Assembly: GCF_006345805.1 (NCBI RefSeq)
Contig: NC_042998.1
Span: 54,560,001-54,624,000, forward strand
Length of the DNA: 64,000 bases
Origin: Octopus sinensis
Lineage: Eukaryota
Reading direction: 5' to 3'
Below are positions 12,561-26,132 of this stretch, piece by piece. A model generated the notes under the pieces. That model was not told the origin of the DNA, ran no database searches, and saw only the letters and a program-made list of their open reading frames with translations. The position numbers and the translations under genes were made by a program. The stretch's first letter is position 1; every line of letters starts with the position of its first letter.

Positions 12561-13483
12561 TTATATGACACCGCCACAAGACTTTAGCAGGTCAATCCTC
12601 TCCACCAATGGGACCAGACTTAGCACTTCTGCTGTAGGGCACAGGCCTTCTCAAGTACAGCAAGGCCCCAGGCATCCTGGTTCTCTGTCATTTCAGCAGA
12701 AAGGCTCAGCATCCTGAGGCCATGGTGTAACTGTTAAAACAGAAATACATATGGACACATAAACACATACACAAACATATACCTATTTCCCTCAGAGGAC
12801 ACTAGTGGGCTCAAAGTAATATGTAACAGAAGGTACATGGTTAAGGTGCCAAACAGCAGAACTGAACCCAAGACCACATGGTTGTGAAGCAAACTTTTTA
12901 ACTACACAGCCATGCCATAAGCACCATGAGTATATCACTGGTGCTTATTTTATTCACACTTCTACAAAAGGTTAAAAATGCCAACTTTGGCTGGAATTGA
13001 ACTCAAAATCATGAGGCAACAAAGTCCATACTGATAAGTATCAAGTTCTACCCTAAGCATGTACTCTATTTCTATTACAATTCTCTCTTACACAATCTTA
13101 TATTATAAAAGAGAAGCTGATCTCCATTTGTCTGTCCGTCACAAGATATATGTGAAGGAGCAGAAGAAGGGGACGAATCAAAAGTGAAGATAACTCCTGT
13201 CACAACATATATTAAGAAGGAGAAGAGAAAAAGTTGCTGAGAGAGAAATACAGTGAGACAGAGAGTTTGTGTGTGTGTGTGTGTGCGTGTGTGTGTGTGT
13301 GTATGAGTGTGATAGATAGACAGACAGACAGATAGATAGATAGATAGATTATTGGCATCATAGTAATTAATGAGGCTTTGACTATATAACAGTCTATTAA
13401 GATAAGGTATGTACATGATCAACAAATATTTTTACTGACAGCCTAGCAATAGATAAAGTATTAAAAGTTGTGATTTTACTTAC

Positions 13484-14099
13484 CATTTGCTGAAGTATTG
13501 TCAAGAGATAATTTTGGTGAATGTTTTGGAGAAGAATTTTTATCATTTTCAGAAAATAGTACATCCCAAGGGTCTTTTTGGTTGGAAACATTAAATTTAG
13601 GTCGGGGCGAGCAGGTTTTTCTTGATGGACATGGAGATTTACTTTTCACAGAGCTAGGTTTTTTTGATGTGAGGAGTGAAAAACTGAGATCTTTGCTGTC
13701 GTCAATAACTTCTCCATGAGAATTAGTTAAAGGAAGGTTATGTTTTCTGGAAACAGGATGACCAGCACTGAGTGGCGGCGATAAAGGAGAAAGTGAAATG
13801 GATCGCTTTCTACCACGTGACGGACATCGAGAATTAGGTGCTGAAGAGGCAGTGTCTCTTTTGCGTAAGGCTTTGGCTAAATCACTGTCAATAGAGTTAC
13901 GCCTCGTTAGATTGTTATTGTTGCTTAGTGGTAATGATTCTAGAGAAGGCGAAGAGGAACGATTATTAGAAGAGACACCTAATTCAATAGAGGTGCTAAA
14001 ATCAAAGATATGATTGCCACAACCTTTCTCAACACTCCCACTATACAATAATTTGTCATTGATGAAAACTTTAATGAGATTCACACCAATGTTGAGGTC
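13484..14099 (-). CDS. KATNIP: KATNIP/KIAA0556-like exon (616 nt, phase 0 to 1): end of first DUF4457 repeat plus Ser/Pro/Lys-rich linker
   Basis: Acceptor ttttcttcttttgtcag|GAC and donor AATG|gtaagt. Translates DLNIGVNLIKVFINDKLLYSGSVEKGCGN..., resembling recalled human KATNIP DLDIGAKNVKLYVNRNLIFNGKLDKG. Overlaps the 202-aa ORF 13476-14084. Confidence 0.88.
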
Positions 14100-15199
14100 C
14101 TGACAAAAGAAGAAAAGTAATTACATCTTAATAACATTTTACAGATGAAAAATACAAAATAGAAATTTAACTGAAATTAAATTTCCAATTAACGAAAAAA
14201 AAAAAGTATTTAAGTATTTCTCTAGGATTTATATTTAAATTATTTAACACAAAATTATTCACAATATTTTAATTATAAAACCAACATTTATAAACCAGCA
14301 TTTACAAATCCATTGTACAACTATGAAATAAACTGAATGTCAAACACGATTATTGAGATTTTCATTATGACAAAAATATTTAATACATAAATGACAGTAA
14401 AATAAATAAATGTTTGCAGCACACATTCAGCTTATTGAAAAAGTTGATTTAACAAATAGAATCGCAATTACAGGAAGAAATATATAAGATTAACAAGCAG
14501 TGAAGTGTCAATGGTTAACCAATTTCTGAAACTTGCCTTGAAGCTCTGTGGCTTAAATAGGTTTAGAGTGAACTGTAAATGGATGTTCATCTCATTGTTT
14601 AGGTAACGAAATATAGAATACAGCATTGCTGAGGAAACATACATACACATACATGTGTGTATGTATATGTCAGGATGTGTGTCCATTGTGGGATCAAACC
14701 TTTAAAAACATGGTTACAATGCACTCTTCATATATACACAAGCATGCTTGCAGCAAATGTATATTCTTTTATTTGTTTCAGTCATTTGTCTGGGACCATG
14801 CTGGAGCACCGACTTTAGTCGAACACATCGACCCCAGGACTTAGAAACAGCTCTGTAAGACCTTCTATCTATAAATGCTCTAATATCTATACAGGCTTGG
14901 TCTTTTTTAGCTCATTACGCAAAAAATTCATATATACACATGCTGGCATAGAACCAATGTTGAACCCTTTATTCGCAATATTACCAAATCTGGAACTTAA
15001 CTATGGTCTGTCTATAGCACTTATTCAGTATTACCTGACATCTTTGGGTCTCAATGACACCATTATCTCTTATAACCTCAACTACATATATACATATATT
15101 CATATATATATATATATATATACATATATTCATATATATACACATATTCATATATATACACATATTCATATATACATATATATATATACACATATATTC

Positions 15200-15230
<31 letters not shown>

Positions 15231-15231
15231 A

Positions 15232-17260
15232 TAGCTTAAGGTGACCCGCTCTACGCGTGGGTAAGAGTGTGGTTGTTACTTCCTTTGCTTCCTTTCAGCA
15301 CGTAAAAAGCACCATCCGAACGTGGCGGATTGCAGCGCTGCCTTGACTGGCTTCTGTGCCAGTGGCACGTAAAAAACACCAACCGATCGTGGCCGCTGCC
15401 AGCCCCCCTGGCACCTGTGCCGGCGGCACGAAAAAAGCACCCACTACACTCACAGAGTGGTTGGCGTTAGGAAGGGCATCCACCTGTAGAAACACTGCCA
15501 GATCAGACTGGAGCCTGGTGCAGCCTCCTGGCTTCCCAGACCCCAGTCAAACTGTCCAACCCATGCTAGCATGGAAAAGGAACGTTAAACGATGATGATA
15601 ATGATAATGATTCTTCTTCTTTGTTTCTCTCTCCTTTCTCTCTCACTTTCCCACTCTCTTACTTTTCTTTTCTCTCGGACTCTCCCTCGCTTTCTCTTAC
15701 TCTCTATGTTTATCTCTCTCTCTCCCATTTATAAACAACAAAAGATCTTGAATAAGTTGAGAAATAAAATATTTTGAAAGTTCAATCATAAATATCAGGC
15801 AGTGACAACGGAAAGGTCTGCTTCAAGGCAGACAGCAAAACACTAACATTTAAAAGGGACAGACGAACTTGCGAGCTGAATAAAAATAATAAAATATTGG
15901 AAACCAAATTTTGAAGGGATAGAATCTGAGGATAGTAGAGTCACCAGGGCTGGCATTTCTTAACGACGGACAGCAATGGATTGACAGTTTAACGGCTGGC
16001 GTAAAATTTTGAACTTGATGTAAAAGAAAATTCCTAAACACCAAGTGATTCTTTCTCACGACAGTAGACTCACCATGGCAAGCATTCAAAACTTCTTCAT
16101 CATGGATGGCAGCACATTGACGATTAAAAGGCTGGCACAAATTTTTTAGCTTGATGTAACAGAGAATTCCTAAACACCCGCTCCTTTAAATTTTAATCCC
16201 CTTCCAGCCCCATTTAGACCCCTTTTCACATTTTGGTTAATATAACCTGATTTCATTCGGGTCTACTGGGCCCACATTTTATAAGATGAGGAATTTTGTC
16301 CTAGAGGTCACGCCATTCATTTGGGGAAAAAAATAGTTGTCATGCAAACTTGCCAGCACTTTTAACATAGGTGTGCATATTTTCAGCTCAACTGACCACA
16401 TAATGCACACATTATATATATATGTATATGTGTGTGTGTGTGTGTATGCATGCATTATATATACAAATGTATACAAATTATATATATATATATATGTATA
16501 AATTAAATTAGAGATAAAACCACTAATAGGCAAATCAAACAGTGAAAAACATAAACCAAAACATAAGAATAAAAATATAATATACAAAATATATAAAATA
16601 TAAAATTGAAGAATTTTAATTATTTAAATTTAAAGTTAAAATTATTAATTTATATTTATAATTTTTTTAAAAATACATATAACTATTAAAAAGTTTAATA
16701 TACATAAATACAGATATATACACTTTGTATATATACATTATATATACATATTTATATATAGAACACACACACACACATATATAAATTAACCCAATAAATA
16801 TCTGATTCATAATATTTGTTCTCATGATTGTGTGGTGGTGGTTGCGATGATAATTCTCTCTATGAATGCAGACAGACATAGAGAGAGAGAGAGTGTGAAA
16901 GCGCTGTGGAAGGCGAGGAGGAGGGGGAGATATAGAACGCCATGACATGACGTTATAAAGAGAAAGTGAAGGGGAGTTAGACGCTGTTATATGGGAAGAG
17001 AGGAAAGAGAATGAGTGTCGGAGGAAGACAGATACATAAAAGAATGGGAGTAGACTTGTCAAAGTGTGTTTTCGGCCCTAGCAATGATACCTTTTAAGAT
17101 AGGGATTTCTAACCTAGCCCACTGGCATCCTCACCTCATTTTACATGTCCCTGTAAATTTTGGAGTCAATCCGACGGGATCTAGTGGCCTTTAACCCATT
17201 CTCAATGCCAAAACCAGAGAAACAAACAAACTTTTCGCATTTCAGTTTTATAAATAGATA
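15232..17260 (+). mobile_element. ~2-kb HINE/Helentron-like element with nested family C insertion (15295-15605)
   Basis: 5' gtgacccgctctacgcgtgggta palindromic motif; 3' end (acaa)n...cagttttataaatagat; internal ~62-bp direct repeat at ~15980 and ~16116. Joining both ends into one element is an inference. Confidence 0.45.
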
Positions 17261-17261
17261 T

Positions 17262-18245
17262 ATATATATATATATAAATATACACATATATTCATATATA
17301 CATATATACACATATATTCATATATAAATATATACATATATTCATATATAAATATATTCATATATTCATATATAAATATATTCATATATAAATATATTCA
17401 TATGCATATATACATATACATACACACACACATATATATACATATACACACACACACATATATATATACATATACACACACATATATATATATACATACA
17501 CACACACACACATATATATATACATACACACACACATATATACATACACACACACACATATATACATACACACACACACATATATACATACACACACACA
17601 TATACATACACACACATATATATACATACACACACACATATACATACACACACACACATATACATACACACACACATATACATACACACACACATATATA
17701 CACACACACACACACATATACATACACACACACATACATATGTTCATATATAAATATATACATATATTCATATATAAATATATACATATATTCATATATA
17801 AATATATTCATATATTCATATATAAATATATTCATATGCATATATACATATACATACACACACACATATATATACATATACACACACACATATATATATA
17901 CATATACACACACATATATATATATACATACACACACACACACACATATATATATACATACACACACACACATATATACATACACACACACATATATACA
18001 TACACACACACACATATATACATACACACACACACATATATACATACACACACACATATATACATACACACACATATATATACATACACACACACACATA
18101 TACATACACACACACATATACATACACACACACATATACATACACACACACATATACACACACACACACACATATACATACACACACACATATACATACA
18201 CACACACACATATACATACACACACACACACATATACATATACAT
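17262..18245. repeat. Compound (TA/CA)n microsatellite with a ~434-bp tandem duplication
   Basis: Near-identical ORF translations offset by 434 bp (17382-17795 versus 17816-18229). Confidence 0.85.
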
Positions 18246-18439
18246 ATTCTTAGAAGAAAGTAGAAAGTTGAATTTAGATAAAGTTTTTCTCTATATTTTA
18301 CTTTTGACTTACAAGATTATTGATTATTGTACAGAGGTTTAACTTTCATTACTCCTAATATAACAGTATTTCCGTAGCTACAGATAGGTATATATTTATT
18401 CCTCTATTTATATTTACCTATCCAAGTGAATTTCTTTAC

Positions 18440-19090
18440 AGGAGTTTGCATAACTTCTCTTCTCTCTCTCTCTCTCTATCTTACTTCTCTCCATCACACC
18501 GTCTTTTCCCTCATTTCTCTCTCTCTCTCTATTGCTTCTCTCTAAATATGTAGACACTTGCTCTCTCGCTTCTCTTTCTCCTTTTCTCCATCTCTTTACT
18601 TCACTCTATCACATCAGTGTTCTTCATCACACCGTCTTTTCTTTGTTTCTCTCTTTCTCTCCCTGTTCCTTCTCTCTAAAGATATACATACTCTTTCTCT
18701 CTCTCTTTACTTCACTCCATCACACCATCTTTCTTGTTTCAGACCCTCAATCTCTCTTTTACTCTTTTCTCTCTCTATTTCCTCACTATAACTACATAAA
18801 CACACAGTCTTTTTCTCTCGTTCTTTACTTCTCTCAGTCCCTCTCCTATATATACATGGAGAGAGAGAGACACACTCTTTCTCTCTCAGCCCCTCAATCT
18901 CCCCAAATATTGTGTGTATATATACACACACACACACACACTCTTTATCCCTCCTCTCTATTTTTTCACTTCTCTCCAACACAGTCTTTTTTCTCTCAGC
19001 CCCTCAATCTCTATTATAGGCACATACTTCCTCTCTCTCTCTCTCTCTCCCTTTCTTTCTCTATATTTCACTACCCTCCATCAGATTGTT
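18440..19090. repeat. CT-rich degenerate minisatellite
   Basis: Recurrent units such as ttacttcactccatcacaccgtctttt and ctctcagcccctcaatctc. Confidence 0.6.
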
Positions 19091-19129
19091 AAATAAGAAA
19101 ACAATAAATAAATTCAAAAATCCATAAAA

Positions 19130-19870
19130 ATGTCCTTAAACTGGAGGAGCATGGAACTGGCATTGTTTTTGAGAGCCTGGTACTTTGCTGAAGAGATAGC
19201 CCAAAGAATATCATCACAGCTGTGCTGAAGAGCAATGGCTACTCAAGAACTTTAGCACAAATAGAATGAAAGAAGGAGTTTACATGCTTCTACACTCTCA
19301 TATGGAGGCGAAAGAGCCAAGAAAGAACAACAAAAAGAAGCAAAGACAAAAGATGAAACATGCGAAGAAAGAAGCAAATCTGACTGCCCATGCAGCAGAA
19401 AGGATAAAAAGAGACAGCACACATGAATGAGCAAATTCTACTTGAAAGATGTCTGCTGGCATGGAGAGGGGTGTGGAAGCTGCTGTTTTTCACACCAAAA
19501 ATCCTGCCACACCAACATGATACAGGGTGGAAATCACATGCCAAAAGGAAAGGACCACACACCATCTGCCCCAAAATAGAAATACGCAGATGTAGTGCAT
19601 GCTACAAACCAGTCATATCAACATGTTGAAAGGGCAACTGCTGAACAACAAAATTTTTTGTGCATGGCACAAAAGATTATACAGCAACTGACTTGGCTAC
19701 ATCAATTTCACAGATGGGACTATCCCCAATACACAAGACCACCACAGCAAATAGACCCAGGGTGGACACCACTGGCAAAAACACAGACATCACATCAGTG
19801 CTCTTACTGAACATCAGAGGACTGTTAACACTTAGTAACAGGGCAAAAATTCCTTTCCTGAGGTATGGCC
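19130..19870 (+). mobile_element. Decayed LINE 5' region (ORF1 remnant plus start of APE endonuclease), CR1/L2-like
   Basis: Ends with SVLLLNIRGLLTLSNRAKIPFL (APE N-terminal LNIRGL motif), preceded by Cys/His-containing, Lys-rich decayed coding sequence. Confidence 0.45.
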
Positions 19871-21114
19871 TCAAATACCTTGCGCACCCTGTATATACAT
19901 ATATATACATATTTCTATACACACACACACACATATATATATATATAAATAACAAGAGTGGTGTATTTTCATGGAGAAAAAAAGAGTAGGCAAATTTATT
20001 GTTGTAAATGCACCAAAATATGAAAAACCTTCTGTTTCAAATAATGTTTTTTTTTAAATATATACCAAAATAGTTTCAACAATAGTTTTTGTTAATCATT
20101 GGTAAAAATATTGTTGAAACTAGCTTGGGATATATGTAAATAAGTTTATTTTAAACAATTACAAGTTTTTCAAATTTCAGTGCATTTTCAACAACAAATT
20201 TACCTATATAAACACACACACACACACACACACATACATACAAGTATATACATAACTATAGTTATAGTTAATACATAACTGGACTCACATCTCTTTTTCT
20301 CATAAAGATAAATATGAATCTCCTAGATTCTATGCTGCTATTTCCTTTCTCAAGTCCTTTGTAAAAATTTTGTTTATACTTCTTGCACTAAAGAGTACAG
20401 TGATGTATAATTAATTTAATGAATTCAATTCAACCATGAATTTGCATGATTTTTATATCTCTGTACGAAATGATTGTCTGCATGAATCAAAATCCTCTTA
20501 TATATTTTAACATATTCTCTTCTCCATCTTTAGCAAAATTGTTCGAGTTTTATGGGATTTCTTTCCATAAATTCACATCACATCATATACTAGTATTATT
20601 TTCATATTCACAAATTTACACCTGTAAACTACCAGCATAACATGAAGAATCAATATTAGAAATCTATTTTTCAAACCTCCAAATTAAAGGATGAATCTAA
20701 TTCAAGACTTTTACATATATATATATACTTATAAATATACACATATGTACATATATATACACATTTATACACATATCCATATATATATATACATATATAC
20801 ACACATATATATCCATATATACACACATATATACATATATATACATATATATATACACACACACAGATATATACATATATATACACACACACACATATAT
20901 ATATATACACACATATATATATATATACATATATATAGATACTTATATATACACTTATATATATATATATATACATTCATATACATATATGTATACACAC
21001 ACATATATACAACAGTTGTCAAGCAGTGGTAGGAAACAAACACAGATACAAATATATATGTGTGTGTATATATATATATATATATACATATTTAGGCACA
21101 CACATATATATATC

Positions 21115-21530
21115 CTTTTTTCTTTGTTTCAGTAATTTGACCACAGTCATGCTGAAGCACCGCCTTTAATCAGGTAAATCAACCCAAGTACTAATTCTTT
21201 GCAAGGCTAGTACTTACTCTATTGGTCTCTTCTGCTAAACAACTAAGTTATGGCGATGTAAACACACCAACATCGGTTGCCAAGTGATGTTGGAGCGGTT
21301 TGCACAGACACACAAACATATACACACACACACACATACATACATTTATATATGTATATACATATATATACGACAGGGTTTTTTCAGTTTTTGTCTACCA
21401 AATCCACCCACAAGGCTTTGGTTGGCGCGAGGCTATAGTAGAAGACACATGCCCAAGGTGTCATGCAGTGGGACTGAACCTGGAACCATGTGGTTGGTAA
21501 GCAAGCTACTTACCACACAACTACTGCAGC
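21115..21530 (-). mobile_element. Family A SINE
   Basis: Same head, microsatellite and tail architecture as 38365-38775. Confidence 0.7.
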
Positions 21531-22328
21531 ACCTATACACACACACACTTATATATATATATATATACATATATACATATATATAAATATACACACACAC
21601 ACACATATATGAAGATGTGATTTTTCTTTCAGTTTCTGTTGACTAAATCCACTTACAAAGCTTTGGTCAACTTGGGGCTATAGTAAAAGACCCTTGCCCA
21701 CTCAGTATGAACGAACCCAAGACCATATAGTTGGAAACCAAGCTTCTTAACCGCACAACCACACCTGCATCTATGCTGCAAGTGTCCCTTTAATATTATA
21801 TGTTATGCATAGTGCTGTCCGCAAGGCCAGTGTAAAATGGAAACAGGTTATAAAACTTCAATTAACTTAGAGAAGTTAATGTGACAACAGTTTATGTAAG
21901 AGCCCTATGAATCTGAATGGTTTCATGGAGATTTTCACATATACAAATGTGCATGCATGCATGTATGTTGGAAACTAGCAGGCCCTAATCTTAATTCTTC
22001 ATTTCGACATGAATATCAGATTTACTAAATGCTTTCCTTAAAATATATATATTTTTTTTTAGAAAATAAAATAAAAACAAAAATGAAGCAATTATTAAAA
22101 TATATTGAGAAACATCCATATAAAATAAGTACATTCCATATGTAACAATAAAATAAAATAAACTGCCTTCTCACAGGATTTATATCTCAAAAATAAATCA
22201 GATTGCCACCACGCAATGAGTAACTTTGCCAACAACACTGCTTGCTTCATTCACATATGAGTGAACTGACATTGGACCACTCTTGGCTTCACTAATGCAT
22301 AAGCTATGACAAAGTGAGAAATACTTAC

Positions 22329-22457
22329 TTTCAAACTGTGATTGTAATTCCATAACTTGATTTTTGACAAATTCTTTTCAGCCAAATGATGTATTGTGAT
22401 CATAACTGGGGCTGTATCACTTCTGTCACAACTCCACATATTTTTCAGTTTACTTGT
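22329..22457 (-). CDS. KATNIP: KATNIP-like exon (129 nt, phase 0 to 0), DUF4457 core
   Basis: Acceptor cattgcag|ACA and donor TTGAAA|gtaagt. Translates TSKLKNMWSCDRSDTAPVMITIHHLAEKNLSKIKLWNYNHSLK, containing the DUF4457-type MW and KIKLWNYN motifs. In frame with both flanking exons. Confidence 0.88.
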
Positions 22458-22503
22458 CTGCAATGATATACATACATATATTCACACACTTGATTCTACA
22501 TAC

Positions 22504-22557
<54 letters not shown>

Positions 22558-22756
22558 ATGCAATACAAATGTATTACTTTCCAGTAAAGGATAGCCCATA
22601 AGGGTAAAATTATATATATAAAAATAGATAAATGGTACAACAAGACGCCAATATTTACGCGTCTTTGCTAGTATATACGCAGTGAAACTATACAATAGCA
22701 TCATATTTATTACAATTACTATTTTCCAGTAAATATTGGTGCCTTGTTGTACCATT

Positions 22757-22800
<44 letters not shown>

Positions 22801-23251
22801 TAATAGAGAAACAGACAGACAGATAAAGATAGACAGGTGAACATGTACACATAGTGATAGATAAACAGAGAGATAAATAAATGTAGATAGGTAAATATTT
22901 GTAAATATATATATATATATCATCAGTAAATCATAACTCCGAAAGAGAAGCACGCTCTAATTTATTGAGTCGTAGAGTATTAAGATAAAGATAGTTATGG
23001 CTAGATCAAAAGGTTACCCAGGGTTTCGCATCCATAAAGCACTGAGCTTTACATACATGTATATGCATGTATGTACATATATATATACATATAAATAACA
23101 AAGTCACTTTGATCCGTGTAGGAGAGGTGCAGCCAGAGGGTAGATGTCCTTAGAGGTAAAAAAATCCGATGGAGAGGTAGTGTCCATTGAGGAAAGGTAA
23201 GAGTTGGTAGTGGTAGAATATAGGATCAAAGTGAGACCATGTGAGCGCATG

Positions 23252-23666
23252 ATATATAACGGGAAAGTTTACGAAAATAAACAAAAGACGAAGGTAGGTG
23301 GAGTACAAACAAAAAATGTATTAGTATAGTACTCAGGAATAGGAATAGAAAAAGTCTTTTACGTTTCGAGCCTACGCTCTTCGACAGAAATATACACAGA
23401 AAAAAGCAAGGAGAGAAAAAAAATGCGTGTAGGAGCTAACGATCTATCATGGCGTCCTGACTTCTGACCACTGTCCGAAGTCAGGACGCCATGATAGATC
23501 GTTAGCTCCTACACGCATTTTTTTCTCTCCTTTTTCTCTCTCCTTGTTTTTTTCTGTGTATCTTTTTCTATTTCTATTCCAGAGCGCTATACTAATACAT
23601 TTGTTTGTTTGTACTACACCTGCCTTCGTCTTTTGTTTATTTTCGTAAACTTTCCCATTATATATA
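23252..23666. mobile_element. Penelope-like fold-back element (hairpin centre 23465-23476)
   Basis: Arms are reverse complements, with a perfect ~49-bp inner stem. The left arm carries gaagagcgtaggctcgaaacgt on the minus strand (hammerhead-like). Confidence 0.6.
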
Positions 23667-23938
23667 TACATATACACACACACACACACAAACAGAGTAG
23701 AGAAACACAACAATAAAAACACTCAACACACTGAGTAGGAGTTACATGTATTATTGCTTCAGACAGTCTAATTCAATTCCATGTGAATCTGAGCCAAAAC
23801 AAGCTGGGTTTCTGTATAAGTCCACAAAACTTTAAGTCACATAGAGAAGAACCAAACTCATTTAAACATAGATATAAATATATATACATAAACATATATA
23901 TAAATTATACAGAAATTAAAATTTATAATTTCTTTTAG

Positions 23939-23969
<31 letters not shown>

Positions 23970-23987
23970 TATATATATCATCATTTA

Positions 23988-24023
<36 letters not shown>

Positions 24024-24041
24024 CATATGTAAGTATGTATG

Positions 24042-24093
<52 letters not shown>

Positions 24094-24305
24094 TAGATGG
24101 TGTAATTTAATTGTTCATTTTGAATTGATAAAAGGTGGTTTTTTTCTAATTTTTTTATATATATATATTATATTGTGTGAAATTTTATTTAGTATTTCTA
24201 AATTGAATTTTTTTCCCTGTAAGTTTGGATTTATATTCCCTCAAATAATTATGATAATAATTTATATATATATATATATATCATCATCATCATCATCATG
24301 AGTTA

Positions 24306-24339
<34 letters not shown>

Positions 24340-25404
24340 TTTTGAAAATAGTATCAGCTTGCTGCAAGTCCTTGTTGAGTAGTTTTCATTTCAGTGATTT
24401 CCTGTTCCTAGGTGGATTGTCTTCACTACAAATGGTGAGCACCATCTGCCCTTGACTATAATGGATGACTGTTGACTCTCCTGAATTCCCCCAGCCTTTG
24501 ATGTTTCTTGTTCTTTATCCCACAAGGTATCCAAAAATCACTCTGCTCCCTAAGGAACCCTGGTGGGGGTCACTGGTCTAGTTCCCAACGACCTGACATA
24601 AACATACACGTATGATGATGATGATGATACACTCTCCCACTGAAGTCACACACATACATATACATATATATATATATATATAATTATATATACACACACA
24701 CATATATACATAAATATATATACATACACACATATTTAAAAGCTTTTGTGAAAATTACTTAATACAGTTACAATAACTTTAAAAAAAGATGTTTCAAATC
24801 TTATTACCTACTTTAAAAAAAAATTCTAAACAATTGCTTTTAAAACTGTGTTTAAATCAAAAATTTTTGTAAATAGTTAATGACTTTTAAAAATTCTTAT
24901 TCTAATTTCAAATATATAATATATATGTACATATATATACATACATACACACACATAAATCTATCATTTAATGTCAGTATTCATTGTATGGTTTCACATG
25001 CACACACACACATACACATATATATACACCCTGTACTCACACACATATACCTATACCAATGCAATCACACAAATACATACGTACTAATACTTATTTCAAA
25101 GTAAAATATATATATTTATATTGTACACTGTTCAACTTTCCAGCCTCTGTAGTTTCAACAAATACCACAAGTTTATTGATCAAACAATCCTGACAATCAA
25201 TTCTTGGCACTTTTTCACCAAGTTCTAAGAAAGGAGTCTGTTCATGCAAGGTGAACATGTTCAAAAGAAAGATTTATTGTGGTAAACTTCAAAATAAATT
25301 GAAATATTTACTGTTTTATAAAAACGACATCTATTTTCTTATCATTCAGAAAAGTAAGTTGGAATTTGATATTTCACAAAAGTTATGATAATATAGTAAT
25401 TTCA

Positions 25405-25446
<42 letters not shown>

Positions 25447-25970
25447 TGTGTGTGTGTGTGTGTGCATGTGTGTGCAAGCGTATGTATGTGTGCATGCAAG
25501 TGTATGTATGTGTGTGTGCAAGGGAGTGAGTGTGTATGAGTGCAAGTGTATGTGTGTGTGTGTGTTGTGTGTGTTGTGTGTGTGCATGTGTGTGCAAGCG
25601 TATGTATGTGTGCATGCAAGTGTATGTATGTGTGTGTGCAAGGGAGTGAGTGTGTATGAGTGCAAGTGTATGTGTGTGTGTGGAAATGTGTGTGTATGTG
25701 TAAGTGTACATGTCACTGTATGAGTGCATGCATGCATGTGTACAATTGTATGTGCCTGTGTGCAAGTATGTGTGTGTTTGTGCTTGAGTGCAAGTGTGTG
25801 TATGTGTAAGTGCAAGTGTGAGCAAGTATGTGTATGTGCATGCAAGTATCCATATGTGTATGAGGTGGATGAGTGTAGTTGGGCATGCATACATGTTACT
25901 ATGCATATGTACATGCATACAAGTACATGTATATGTGCACATGTCAGTCTGTGTGTACCTACATGAGTAG
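25405..25970. repeat. (TG)-rich microsatellite or minisatellite with a ~120-bp tandem duplication
   Basis: Block gcatgtgtgtgcaagcgtatg...gagtgcaagtgtatg occurs twice (~25460 and ~25580). Confidence 0.8.
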
Positions 25971-26132
25971 AGATTTTTATTCACACCAGGCTTTTAGAGG
26001 ACTCACCTTCTATGGAGAAATAAAAGCCTTCCTAGAGTGGTGAAGATTTTGTACAAAGCCAATTTCATGGGGATTTGTGTATAATACCAACTTGGCTGGG
26101 GTTTTCCTTCTGAATTTATTTAATTTATTGTC

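Noticed and set aside
13085-13196. Possible phase-1 exon GVIFTFDSSPSSAPSH...
   Set aside because: Weak donor, composition resembles flanking CT-rich intron, and there is no homology support.
17366-18342. Long ORFs (up to 283 aa) of HTYI/CVYM repeats; likewise at 8184-8898, 14897-15244, 20671-21043, 25346-25984 and 50940-51538
   Set aside because: These are translations of dinucleotide microsatellites that lack stop codons; there are no splice signals or protein features.
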